Origin: Vicugna vicugna
Taxonomy: Eukaryota
Assembly: GCA_013265495.1 (NCBI GenBank)
Contig: MU058337.1
Location: forward strand, 808,001 to 872,000
Direction: 5' to 3'
Length of the DNA stretch: 64,000 nucleotides
Part shown: one piece after another, positions 37,675 to 50,860 of the stretch
Layout: the number at the start of each line of letters is the position of its first letter
Numbering within the stretch: the stretch's first letter is position 1
Translations under genes and position numbers: made by a program
The notes under the pieces: model-generated
The model's database searches: none
What the model was told of the DNA's origin: nothing
The model's input: the letters and a program-made list of their open reading frames with translations, nothing else

Positions 37675-38192
37675 CAAGCCAGGCATCCCCCAGCGCACCG
37701 TCGGGCTTGGTGACTCATGGCAGGACTCAGAGAAGCTGATGTGCCCATGGTCATGGTTTCTTACAGTGAAAGGATACAGAATTAAAATCAGCAGAGGGAA
37801 AAGGTGCCTAGCGGGAGGCCCAGGAGAAACCAGGCACCAGCTTCCCGGTGTCCTCTCCAGGGAAGTCCTGCAGGCAGGTCACTTGCTCGGCAGTGATGAC
37901 CTAGCGCCTGGGAAATGGTGCCAAGAAGGAAGCTCCCCCAGCCCTGGGGTCAGGGTTTCCCAGGAACTAGTCACACAGGCATGCAGCGCAGTAACTGGCC
38001 TCAGCTGCTCAGTCTCCAGCCGCATGGAGGCCACGCCTGTGCTGCAGGCGGCCGGGCTGCAGGGAGGCCGCTACCGAGGGCTGAGAGGTTACGCCGCGGA
38101 GCCCGGCGAGCGCCAGTCCCAGCAACAGGCCTGTTTCTAGAATGTGCAGGGCTCGCTGCACCCGGCCCTGCTGGATTAAAACCTTCGCTGCA
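37675..38192 (-). mobile_element. ERVL LTR (MER77/MER21-family)
   Basis: 'caggactcagagaagctg...ttacagtgaaaggatacagaattaaaatcagcagagggaaaagg...ccaggagaaaccaggc', and an end whose reverse complement begins gtgcagcgaaggtttaatccagcagggccggg, like the MER77 5' end. Confidence 0.8.
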
Positions 38193-41100
38193 CCCCGTGT
38201 TTTATCACAGTGACTTCACATGCCTGTCTCTCCTGCCTTCTCCCTACTTAGCGTTTTGCACTCAAGCAGTCTTTGTCGAGTGGCTGAATAAATACATAAA
38301 TGCATTTCGGAATCTCCTAACGAGACCTAACATTTCTCTCCATATGTGCAATATTCATTATGTACTTGTAGGTTCGTAATTGATAATAATAATTCAGAGA
38401 TGAGTTTCTTTTGTCTTTCCTTTTGTTTTAGGAAACCAGCCAAAATAGGAACTTTATATTTGTTCAAGCTTCACATTTTGTATTTTGCTTTTTTTTGAAT
38501 TATCCAAAAGACTTACAAAGATTGTTTGTGATTTGCAGTGACAGTAGAAAGCAAAGAAACTTAACACTGGTCTTTCCTGACCTGGAGCACACAAGATGGC
38601 AGAAGGCACGCACTTACAGGTTAACAGAGAAACCATCCTTGGAAGGCTGCAATCTCAACAGACATACTAGAAAGATAAGGGAGAAGCGATGTCTGCAAAG
38701 CCGAGGAAGACATCTAGATGTTAAAAATGTGAAGGCCTAAAGGCAGGAATGAGACTAACCTCTAATGCGTTTTGTTACCTGGGACTTGGAGGTGATGGGA
38801 AAGTGCTGGGAGCTGAGACCAGGGCGAGAGGAGAGAGAACCCATCCGCACTGCTTCACTCAGTGCAACTGAGTATTTCATTGCATCTTAAAAGCATCTTT
38901 TAAAGAACATGTTTTGAAAATACGCAGACTAGACTTGGTGACCTAGGCACCTAAATGGGTAAATAAAAAGAAAAAAAAAATGCAGGCACAGTTCCTTACA
39001 AATGTCTCTGCCTAGTTGGATACAAATTACTCATGCAAGGAAAGGACACATTTCTTAATTCCTCCTACCTCACAGAAGAGCTTGTTCAGAGTGTTTTTAT
39101 GCAGAATACAGGATGTGGGGCATTCAATATAGAGATAAATGAATGCTTCTAAAGCATTTTTTAAAAATCTCATTTTCTTCAACCGGACAATGTGTCTAAT
39201 ATTCTTTACAGTGGTTTACTTCATAGATGGCATTAAGTGTGAATGTTTATGCAAATTGTAGCATGATTTCACCCAATTTCAATTACTTCATGTTCATAAT
39301 AGTTTTGATTAATAAAAGGGCATTTACAATTTATGTTGCATCTTTTCCTATCCATTTAGAAGTCTGTAATTTTCTCAAAAGTAATTTGATTTGATCTAAT
39401 TTTTTTTAAGAAACAAATTATCTCTACTTCAAAAAATGTTAATGATAAATCTGAGACCTTGGGGCCTAATCCGAGGGTCTGATCTGTACTGAGCTTTCAG
39501 GCCTTTGTGTTATGGTCCCTTTTACCCTTTTAGCAAAATAATCCTCTGAATTTTGGCCTTTCAGTTGGTCAGTTAAAGTCAAGGCAGTATATTCTGATGT
39601 TACACTCAGTATTTTATAAGGCGGCTTTAAGTCCCACATTAAATATTAAAAGACGTGTCCTCATGTGCCACCTGATTCTTTTTAAGAAAAAGGGGATTAT
39701 ATTGAAAACCTCAAAATGGTGTATTTCGTTCTAATACCCATGATTAGATTATGCTGCTGTTAGTCAGTGTTCTTACATTTAAAGGCTAAATTTAATAGTC
39801 TGTAAAGCATCTTTAGAAGAAAGAGATTTTTTAGAATAATTTTGCCTTCAGAGACAGAGTTGGGAAAGAGCAAAATCAGATTAAAAAACCCATGATAACT
39901 TTTTGTTGTCAATGTACAGATTGGTTTGTACAATAGCATATGCAACTATACTAGCTGTCAGGTTTGAACCTCTAACATCCGCCACTTACCAAAGACGGAG
40001 CCACGTGAAAATCTGTCATGAGCTTTGATGGGTGCAAAACAGATCAATGCTCTGCTTAACCACAGAATTCTGTGTACCTTTTGCAGAAATTCAGTTTGAT
40101 GCCCAGGAACATCTTTTATAGAACAAAAAGCCTAGGAGAAAAGCAAGCATATTGGGCTAGAGCACTGCTCCCAGCACAGAGTAATGCTCTCGATGTCAGT
40201 TGTTAGTTCATTATGTTAGCGGTAGGTGCCAAGTCCCAGGACTTATGAGATGTGTGTGTTAAATCACAGAATTAATTGAGTGTTATGTGAAGAGTCGGTC
40301 ACGCTAACTGCTGATCCCCCGTCTCCAGCCCCCGGGGCCCGGTCTCCTTTGAGGGTGCGCAGCTGTGCCCTGGGGGACAGACGTGGGGGCTGTGACTCCT
40401 TGGAGATGCCCAGGCTTCTAGCCTTTTAATTTATCACCTTGTCACCTCCCACTCTTGCCTCTTTGGGGCTGAGATGAAAGGAGTGAGATAGAAAGGAATA
40501 TTCATTTCACTTTTTAATTAAACATTTGGTTCAGTTCCAAAATATAAGACTTCAGTTCAGATGTATGGGGAAGATGTCAGAAAAATGGTTAAAAAAGAAA
40601 AAGTTAAGCTTAGAAACTATATTCTTAGACACAGGAGACTTACTTGGCTTCAGCAGAAAAAAAAGAAAAACAAAACAAACAAACAAGAAAACTCTGCTTG
40701 CAGGGCCAGACGGGGTTCACAGAGTGCAATCTTGGAATGTGGATATTTCTTGACCTCTGCCCTTGGAAATAAGTGTACATACCATAGAAATATACAATAT
40801 TGTCGTGGTCTCTGATCAAAAATGATTCCTGTTTTTATATTTAAGCAAAAACATTTTCCCAGAACTAACTAGATAAAGCTATAGAAGCTTGGTTGGAAAG
40901 TGTTTACTTGTTAGGATCTCTTAACCCAAACAAATGTTAGAACATTTGTTTAAAAGACTATCTTAGAGTCCTCTCAGCATCTGTTCTCATCTTCATTGGC
41001 CGTTTAGCTTTGAGCAATACATAAGTCGTGGGATGCGCAGAAACATGAATTTGCTTTTATTTGATCTTAGCCTGTAAAGATGCAGTTACCAGTTTAGCGG

Positions 41101-41696
41101 ATGAAACACCAAGCATCCCCTAAGAGCCTAAACATTGAGGTTTTTTTCCAGTAAGGGTTCCAAGTTAGAGAAGAGAGTCCCTTCCTTGTTCCTACCTGCC
41201 ACACTTTCTTGGGTCTCAGCACAGTGTTTGTGGGTGCAAACCAAAAAAAAAAGATTTTAAAAGGGTCTCATAAGTGAGATCAATGCCAGTATTCGTTCCA
41301 AGTGTCTGAAAGTCCCAAGGTTCTTTCAGAGTCTCCTGTTTTTCTAGGCGGTGTTTCTCCCGGGTGCAGTGAGGTGACCACTGAGGTTTCACCCTCCCGG
41401 CCAGTAAAATGAGGGCTTTAAATTGAATGCTTTGGATGTCCCTCCCAATGCTGATCTTCCATGGATACCTTTAATGTGTCCGAGCCTCTTAGCGGGGTTT
41501 TACTTTAAATCATATCATAACTGTTGGGATGTGAACTTCTTAAGCATTAAAGCAGGGTTTATGCAACTTTAATGGAAAAAAATAAATAAGAAAATACCCT
41601 TTCCGTTGAATTGATCATTGAGTTTTTCTGGGTGTCACCTTCCTTCCAACAGTGGCCTTACGCTCTCACATCAACGGATGCCATAGAAGTGCTGTC

Positions 41697-42333
41697 TTTT
41701 AAAAAAAATTTAATTTTTTTATTGAAGTATAGTTGATTTACAATATTTCAAGTGTACAGCAAAGTGATTCAGTTATACATCTTTACACATATATGTATTC
41801 TTTTTCAGTTTCTTTTCCATTAGAGCTTATTACAAGATCCTGAATATAGTTCCCTGTGCTATATAGTAGGTCCTGTTGTTTATCTATTTTATACACAGTA
41901 GAGTGTATCTGTTAATCTCAGACTCCAAATTTATCACTCGCCTCTTTCCCCTTTAGTAACCGTGTTTGTTTTCTGTGTCTGTGAGTCTCTTTCTATTTAG
42001 TTAATAAGTTGACTTGTGTCACTTTTTAAGCCCCCACATGTAAGGGACATCACATGGTGTTTGTCTTTCTCTGTCTGACTTACTTCACTTGGTATGATCA
42101 TCTCTAGGTCCACCCATATTGCTGCAAATGGCATTATTTCATTAATTTTGTGACTGAGTAGTATTCCATTGTGTGTGTGTATCACTGCATCTTCTTTATT
42201 CAGTCATCTGTCGATGGACATTTGGGCTGTTTCCGTGTCTTGTCTACTGTAAATAGTGCTGCTATGAACGTTGGGGTCCATGTGTCTTTTCAAGCTGGAG
42301 TTTTCTCCAGAGGAGAAACGCTATGTTCCAGGT
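41697..42333 (-). mobile_element. 5'-truncated cetartiodactyl-type LINE-1 3' end with TSD
   Basis: 'tttttattgaagtatagttgatttacaat...gaatatagttccctgtgctata...tgcaaatggcattatttc'. The ORF2 C-terminal peptide IMPFAAIWVDLEMIIPSEVSQTEKDK is in ORF 41997-42185. TSD AAGTGCTGTC at 41687-41696 and 42334-42343. Confidence 0.92.
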
Positions 42334-43254
42334 AAGTGCTGTCATTTTAAGCTTCTGAACTGAATAAAGGCAGTGGTTTCTGCAGCTCTCAGTGGCAGTA
42401 GAGAACATACCTAACCTCCTTTCATGGCTTCTTTGGGAGAAGTCTCGCATCTATCACATTTCATCACTTTAGTGAGATGATATCCGTTTCTAGAGCTCAT
42501 TGTGATTTTCAGTCTTACTTTCTGAAAAAAATCAACACGACAGTAGACTTCTTCCATGCTGTCCACATAGACGCTTCCTAGAGTTTAACAAGGCCCGAGC
42601 GCAGGACGGTCTGTTTCATCTTTCTGAAATAAAGCCAAGAAGAACTTTGAGATGGAAAAAGGCGATGAGAGCTCCCAAGGCATTATAGATCGTCACCGAA
42701 AACAAGATTCCTGCTGCGAAAACCACAAACGGTAGAGAGTTTCCTTGTTTGTACACTAAGCAGCAAAAGTCTGATGCAGAGCCAGGAAGTATTGTTTAGA
42801 ATCCCTACATGTTTTATTAAACGTAACAGGCCAAGTAGAGAGCATGATCTAGTTGCGTGATTCCTACTGGTCCTAAGCAATGGCTTCTTAAGTCTTTAGA
42901 CAGCATGTTATTCAAATAAATACATTCTGAAAAGTTAATGATAAAAGTCATGAGCAGCATAAATCTGCGCAACAGAGGGTTCTGAATGTCCACCATTGCT
43001 TTCACTTTTACGTGTTTGCACTTTGGTGGAAAAAAATGTGTTGTGTTCCAGTTCTGAATTAAACAGGGATGGGGGAGTCAGGGGAGAGGGAGCCCTAATT
43101 CCGGACAAATTCGAATTCTAAGCTGCCCTTCCCCCCGACTTGTTTTTAACTTTCTATGTCAGTGAAGAAGGTCCCCACTGCTCCCCTACTGTGCTGTGTT
43201 GTCAGACCTGCCTGCAGTCAAAAAGGGAGCCCCGAAAAAAATGAGGTGAAACAA

Positions 43255-43940
43255 CAGTCTAGCATTTGTGCTCCTGGGTCTTTACCCAAATGAGCTGAAA
43301 ACGTTTGTCTACACAAAAACCTGCACACAGATATTTATAGCAGCTTTATTCATAATTGTCAAAACTTGGAAGCAACCAAGGTGTCCTTGAGTGCGTCAGT
43401 GGATAAATAAACATCAACACAATGGAATATTGCTCAGTGTGGAAAAGAAAGAAGCTGTGAAACCATGAAAAGCCATGGAAGACTCTAAATGCCTATCACT
43501 AGGTGAAACAAGTCAACCTGAAAAGGCATTCTGCGTGATTCCAGCTTGTGACCTTCTGGAAAAGGCAAAACTATGGAGACAGTGAAAGGATCAGTGGTTG
43601 GCAGGGGTCAGGAGGGGGCAGGGGTGGCTAGGCAGAGTGGGGAGGATTTTTAGGGCAGTGAAACTGTTCTGTATGACACTATCATGGACACGTGCCTTTA
43701 TTTGTTTGACAAAACTCAGTAGAATGTACAACATCAAGAGGGAACCCTGATGTAAAGGATGGGCTTTGAGTGGCACTGATGAGTTAGCGGGGGGTCATCG
43801 GTGATCCCCACTGTCCCACTCCGCTGGGGATGTTACGGTGGGAGAGGCTATGTGTGTGTGTGTGAGGAGGGCGTATGTGTGAAATCACTGTATTCCCCAC
43901 TCAGTTTCGTTGTAAACCCAAAACTTCTGGAAAAATAACT
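43255..43940 (+). mobile_element. LINE-1 3' end (L1MC-type)
   Basis: 'tacccaaatgagctgaaaac...cacaaaaacctgcacacagatatttatagcagctttattcataattg', 'ctggaaaaggcaaaactatggagacagtgaaaggatcagtggttg' and 'ttttagggcagtgaaact'. Confidence 0.9.
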
Positions 43941-46679
43941 TTACTTTTTACAAAATAAGGCAATAGTTATGTTAAATGATAGAATTTTTGAGATGTCTCT
44001 TGTTACTTAAGATTCCTAATACATTTAATACTTAATTTAACTAGGATGCGATATGTTACATTGCTGAGTAAAACAAAAATGGGTTATAAAAAACACTCCT
44101 ATTTCACTTTAATTTAATTTAATAGGCGTTTCACTAGCCAGACCCACTACGCTAGTAGTCATCCGTAAGTCTCTTTCCGCTGGCTAGTGGCAAAAAAGTT
44201 TTCTCTAACTTGAGGAATCAACAACAGCTGTCCTGAAAAAGGTTCTGTGGGGCCCAGGAAATGGTCTGAATGCTGGGCGACCTCCAAGGGGAACTTCTGA
44301 GGTGCGCCGTAGACATATGTCCCAGCCAGAAGGATGCTGTTCAGCTGGTTGTCAGACAGAAAGATTTCCAGAGTTTCCCCGGGCTCGGTAGAAGCCAGAG
44401 TGTCAAAACCTCCCAACTGAAAAATCGTGCCCCAGGGTTAAGTAACACGGCAGGTTGAAGCAAGCACACATGCCAGAGCAGCGTGGCCTGTGGATCAACA
44501 GTGTTTTACCTTCTGGCACGGGGGGATAGGCTTGAGAAAGAGACCTCTGAGTGTCCTGGACTGAGAGCAAAGAGCCGAACTGTGGGAGAGGGAGGAGGAG
44601 GAGGACGCAGCAAGGGGGTCAATGGAATAAAATGAGGCGATGTGGGACAGACAGCAGGATAGGTGTCGACAGACAGGAGGGGGAGGAATGAAGGGGTGTG
44701 AAAGCAGGAAAACCAGTGAAGCAGAAGACGTAAGGCTGAAAACCATCCTCTGGGCTTGGCCAGTAAGCTTGCTTCTGGCCTTTGACACCACGATATCAGC
44801 AGAGCATCAGGGCCACGGATGCCAGTTCAGGAGGGAAGAGGCAAAGCTGCTGGAGAACTGGGAGGAGCTGTGCACAGTTTATTTATTTAAGAAGGCTGAT
44901 AGTTAAAGGAGAGGAATTGATCGGAAACCAGGGAGATGAAGTGAAGTCAAGAGAGCGCCAGTTTTTCTGGGTGCAGGGGATCTGTTCAAGTGTAAAGCAG
45001 AAATGTGAAGGCCAGTGAATAAAAATGCTGGAGGGAAAGACCAAAGGGGCTGAAGAACCTCCAGGATTTATTCGGATACACTCCTTGCTGTACCTGTTTC
45101 TAAAACCACACTCTGCCCCATCGTTTCGTAAGCTAAGTTTATTTCACGCACTCGTGGCTTAATAGGTGCTGTTTGTTCTGAGGACGGTTAACCCCTAAGC
45201 GATCAGGACACGACATGTTATTATAAAGCTTTGCATTCATCTGATCTAGCCTGTGTGCTTCAAAAGACACATCTGTAGACACCCACAATGTCATAGATGG
45301 GGGGGTGCACATGGACTCACAGCCGCACCAGACCCCCTCCCCGATGGGTCTACACTGTTATGTAAGGCTCCCGGACGGGTCTTCACGTCTGGCATCTGCA
45401 TTCTGGTGTAAGAGAAGCAGCCGTACCTCCTGCAGACGCGCAGGCAGGATCCTGCTGTCCCCGGTGCCCTGCCCCGAGCCCTGCCCCAGCCCCCGGCCGC
45501 CGCGCGTGGTCTGCTCAGCGGAGCGCAGTCGTCCTAATTGCCTCCCTCTGGGTTTTCCTTTTATCCACAGGGCAACTGGTTTCGGAAGGTCCGCATCCTT
45601 TGTGTAAGCAACATAATATGAAATCCAGTGTGATTTCCTGTGCTGTGACTCACACCCCATCTGGCACAGCCAGGGATTGAAACATCATCTCCAGGGCACA
45701 AAGTATTTAAAATGTAGCTCATAGTTGGAGATTTTCACGGCCAATTCCAAGCCTATATTTTCCATTAGCTAAATATTGAGCATTGGCAAGATGAATTTGA
45801 ATTCTTTCATCTCTTGCAAATTATCTGTTTATAAGCATTAGTGATACCTAATGAGACTGAAATAGGGCCCCTCTCCTGTACCCAGCTCCGCCTCACCTCT
45901 CAGGTTTAAACCAGTTCAGGGCACAGAGCATCCCTGAGACGCCTTACACCCACAGCCTTCCGCCTGCTGCTCGCCTCTCCCTGCACAGAAACACTTCTGT
46001 CTCCTAACCATTCCCACGCCCCGGATTACTCTGGGAAGCAGTCTAAACCGAATGCCTTCGCTTTTTCATCTTACTTTCATATTCCAGCCCCTTGCAGTTG
46101 GCTTTCCTGAATCACTGCAGAAGAAAACAGCCCTGTTATAATCTCCATCTTCAAGTTCAACAGCTCTTCCAAATGCGTGTGTTCAGTTCTTCCTTAGTCC
46201 TCCCCACCCCCGTCCTTCTCCCTCCCACACTGGCCAGAAGCCACCTTCTCCTCCTGGGCCCTCTGCACCCAAAGAAAATGGCTCTTTCTTGTTTCCCGAC
46301 ATCCTTTCTGATGACCCCCCTCTGTCTCATTTGCTCCTTTTGATTCCCCCAGGCCTTCAGATACAGTTGCGCTGGAAGGCTTATCTTCCGGCTGCACTTG
46401 AGTTCCTATCCAGGACACAACTAGGGTGCAGCCCCTGGGCCTGGGTTCCCAGTGTGGGGGTGGGGGGAACGCTTGTAGAAGGCATGTCTTTACTTTTGTC
46501 ATCTTTTAAGCTCTTTTTGCCTTATTTATGTCACCCTTCCGTCCCTGCCTCTCAGCGCCCACCTCTTCCCAGACGAGCACTCTGAAGAAGGCTGTCGGTG
46601 TCAGCGCTGGCCGCTGCACCTCCGTGAGTGAGCGCGGGGGTCTCGGGAGGCGGTCTGCCCCGCCTGCCCTTCCCGCTGC

Positions 46680-46850
46680 CTGGGGATTCTAGGCAAGGCG
46701 TCCAACCTCTGCGTGCTTCTCTTTCTTCATCTCTTAAATTTTGTTATATTAATGAGCCCCTAAGATGTTGTGATGCTAAAATTAGTTACTGCATTGAAAG
46801 AGTTGAAAACAGCATGGAGGAAGTGTGTGGCCGTTGGCTGTTATCATTAA
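46680..46850 (+). mobile_element. MIR fragment
   Basis: 'ggcaaggcgtccaacctctgcgtgcttctctttcttcatctc...gttgtgatgctaaaattagtta'. Confidence 0.55.
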
Positions 46851-49800
46851 CACGGCTTCACTCCGTCAGCTGCATTCCTAGTGCCCGTCTCTCTCCGAAG
46901 CGGCAGGACCAGCCTGATGTCTCCACCGCTGCTTTCCCCGCGCTCCTGACGACAGAGTCAAAACCAAATTCCTCCTCTACTTCTACAAACCTGCCTGACT
47001 TGGTCTTCCTAGACTTCTTCTTCTTTTTCATCAGCTACCTTACCAGTGCTCTTGCTTGAAACTCCTCGGTCATTTGTAATTCCTTTCCCTCCTGTGCCCT
47101 CCCATACGCCCCCTGCAATGTTGCTGTCCCTTTTGCATCCATCTCATTCTTTATATTCCGCTGTCAGTTATCTAGGTCAGGCTTTCTCCCCTAGTTTGGA
47201 CAGTGAGGAAGTTCTTGTTCCAGTTCCACACACCACCCGTCCCACCCTCCGGGTCCTGCCCACGGCAGCCGAGCGGTGTTCTGACGGCACAGCTCTGCTC
47301 GGCGGTGGCAGAGGTGGGACGTCATTAGGATGTGCTACTCTCGTTATTTGCTTGAGACTCTAACACTGAAATCTGTTTGGCTGCTTTCAGACACTTACGT
47401 TTCAAGATCAATTCCAGGGATGCTTGTCTACGCAAACACTGGTCCGTTAGAGTCCGAAAAGCCTTGTCACCTAAAACAGCTCCTGGCAGGCAGCAGGCAC
47501 TCCTTGTATGTTTCTCCAGCGATTGAGTCAATCTGTAATGCTTACAAAGATGCATAAAGAAAATGCGAATGTTGCACATGTGTGTGACCACCAGTCTGGC
47601 CCCCCATCCGTCTTGGACACTGCCCCCCTCCGGTTCTTCCGTGTAAATACTCTGTAAAGAGCCTATTTCTGCACGTCCAGGGACAAGGCCAGTTCTATCG
47701 TAAATGATCCGAGGTGCCAGCAGTCGGAAGTGGCCTCTGCTTCCATGCCACGTGATGGAAATTCTTATTCCTGGACTTTCTCCTTAAAGTATTAGAAACC
47801 GAAGGCTTCGATTAAAAATTTAAATTACTTCTTTAGTATATCTGCGTGATTTTTTGCTTTTTCAATCAAATTAGCTCTAATCATTGTCATACAGTAAACA
47901 AGGCACTGCTGGACAGATGGCCTGGTGCCAAAATGGGGCTGGTTCTGTGCAACGTGGGGCCAAGAGCTCAGGGAAGAGCGGGAAGGCGGACTGAGGCTCA
48001 GGGGCTGGGCTGAGGCACACTGTGTGGGACAGGAAGGGAGACGGTTTAAGCCCTAGGGGACTGGCTTGTTACCTAGGCAGTAACAAGAGCCTGTCTGACC
48101 CCGAGGAAAATTTAGAGAGATTCACAGACCAGCAGTCGAGTCAAACTGGGGGTGCACATCCAGGTAGAGGACCTGGAGCTTTGGCAAAGCTGGTCTTCCT
48201 CTTGCTTTGCTTTTCTTAGCTCATTTATGTGAAAACAAAATTTATAGAACAGCTGTGTATGTAGGTGCTAGCTCTGTAGCAGTGAGCCAGATGGACAGAG
48301 TTCCTGAGTCCTCTGCATTCTAAACAGTTTCTGCCCAAACTCAGATCCCACCGGTGCTCTGGCCCCGAGGTGGGAAGACTCGTGTTCCCCTCTCTCTGCC
48401 CACTCTCGCTCTCTCACTCTCTCTCTCTGTTCAGGCATCGCTCTGAAGTCCTGCCTTAGGTCTCTCGTCAATACTCACCACTCAAAGTCTTCATTTCAAA
48501 CCTCACCTTCCAGAAATGTTCCCAGAATAGCGCTTCTGGGGGACTTGGTCCTATTCAGCTTTCTTAAATGAGCTCATGGTCTTTAATAAGTTAGCTCTGA
48601 GCTCTGACTTTAACTGCTTTTTTTCTCACTGTAGTAATACTTCTTGCATTTCCTCAGCTTTCTTCTACATGCTTTCCTTTATGACCATATTTCCTCTCGC
48701 ACTTTAATTTATATTATCCAGCCTACTGATCTGATGTTCACCCCGTCAAGCAGCTGCAGATTGACAGCACTGTCGATGGCGGTGACAGTTCACCAGGCCA
48801 CCCAGGCGTACGCACCCACCTCCTGCAGACATGGCTGGAGGTCACTCTCCACACCTCTCCAGTTCCAGTGTCCCGCTGGCCGTGGACCCTTCCTGAGCGC
48901 ACTGTGGGCATTGTTCATTCAATAAATATTAAAGTTAATTCATTTCTGTGCCTTCTCATCGCCCTGCTCCATTTTTCTCTCATGGCCTGTCATCCACGCA
49001 TCCTCAGCATCACTCACACCTGACGCTCGCTCTTCGTGGTTTTACCCAAAAGCCTGGAATAGACCATGAGTGCCTGTGATGCAAAAGCTCTGCCAGGGAC
49101 TTCTGCTCCCTTTTAACCATCCTGCCAACACTAGGAGGGCAATCTGCTGCAAAGCCCAGGCCTTTATGCTCGTTCCTTTTCTCACTGCAGTAATGGATTT
49201 CCACCGTGAGTCCCCGGGTCCCCCCTCGTGTCTTGCACACCGCACTGGAGCGTAAGGTATCTGAGAGCAGGAGCCGTGGCCTCTTCTGTTGTCACCCTTG
49301 CACTTGGTAAATGCTGTGCGTTCAGTAAATGTTACCCGAGGGGCTGAGAATGTCCATTCACTTCTGAGAGAGTATTAGAGAATATGTGTTTTCTTTAACT
49401 CCAACTGAAGATTGTAAAGTTATTATGAATTTCCCTCTGAATTTGCTTTTATTCCTTGGTAGTGGTGTGCACAAACTACATGGAGTAATTCCTCAGTCTT
49501 TTTCACTAGCATTTTAGGTATGGAGGGAAAACTTTAAAAAGTCGTTTCAACTAGAAAATAAACTTACAGCAAACATTGTTACATCCTGTTGCAATTATAC
49601 GTCCCCATAACTAGACAGCAAGCTTTCCTGCGATACCTTTGTTGCTTACGTGCCTGAATCATTCATTATCTTCCCCACGTTCACCCGGCACCGAAAGCAC
49701 CTCGGTGAACAGTAAGCAAATGTGATGAGAGCCGCACAGAACTGTTAGAAACAAGGTGAAGAAGGCACTGGAAGAGCATCAGCCCGGCTCATGGCGTGAC

Positions 49801-50387
49801 TGAAGACCGTAAAAGCTTGGCTGTAATTAGGACTCGCACTCTTAGAATTTAAAAGTTCTCAAAAGACATATGCACTATCTTTCCAGCTGAAAAAGCAAAA
49901 GCTCACAATGTTGCTGATTTGAATGTAATATCTATGTCAGAACACTCACTTTGTGGGCTCTTTGTGCGTGCGTAATAATATACAACCAGACGAAAGGTGT
50001 GGATGCTTCCATTCAGGATTATTCTCAGGACTGAGGGTTCTTTCCGGAGCCGACACAGTTTGGGTTGGTTCTGTGCGCATGGTCTGCCCTGGCCCCTCTA
50101 ACTGGACACCAGACACCGTGACCTCCCCCTGGTCTCAGACATTCATGCCGAATCATGCCTTCTGAACTCTTCCGTTTGTATGTGGTGTATTGGCTCCAAG
50201 GCTGTGCTACTTTATATCTGGAAGGTTCATTTACGTTACTCTACATTGTAGCTTCTTGTCACATGATGTTCTTGGTACTTCCTGTAGTCCCCACTCACAG
50301 CATGACAGAACATGAATTTATTTTTTTTCTATAAAAACAACCTCTCAGTGGACAGCTATTTTCACATAATGTGAAATAAAATATACG

Positions 50388-50576
50388 GGATTAACAGATA
50401 CACACCACTATGTGTAAAACAGTTTAACAACAAGGATTTATTGCATAGCACAGGGAACTATATTCAATATCCACCAATAACCTGTAAAGGAAAAGAATCT
50501 GAAAAAAAATCTGAATCATGTTGCTGTACCCCTGAAGCTGACACAATATTATAAACACCTATACTTCAGTTAAAAA
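50388..50576 (+). mobile_element. Short cetartiodactyl-type LINE-1 3' end
   Basis: 'gggattaacagatacacaccacta...aacaacaagga...tagcacagggaactatattcaatatc...gctgtacccctgaa...tatacttcagttaaaaa'. Confidence 0.88.
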
Positions 50577-50659
50577 CCATTGTTTGGCATGTTATTCACC
50601 AAAATGAATTTTTGTTTGTTTGTTTTTGGGGTTTATTTTGCCATTTTCCTAGAATGTAG

Positions 50660-50860
50660 ATAACAATAATGAGTGAGGTTTATTGGGTATTTGTTAAAAT
50701 GTGTGAATGGTAGACACATATATCATCTCATCTTCGTAACAACCTGAGAATTGGGTGTGACTCATCCCTTGCAGGTGAAAAAACTGAGTTTTGAGGCACC
50801 ACGGAGCTGTGAACTGTGCTGATACAGATCTAGCCTGAGTGAGTCTTCCATGTTGATCCA
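50660..50860 (-). mobile_element. MIR fragment
   Basis: 'tcatctcatcttcgtaacaacctgag...catcccttgcaggtgaaaaaactgag'. Confidence 0.55.

Noticed and set aside
37652..38379. 162-aa and 154-aa ORFs
   Set aside because: They lie over a GC-enriched LTR remnant and show no gag, pol or env motifs.
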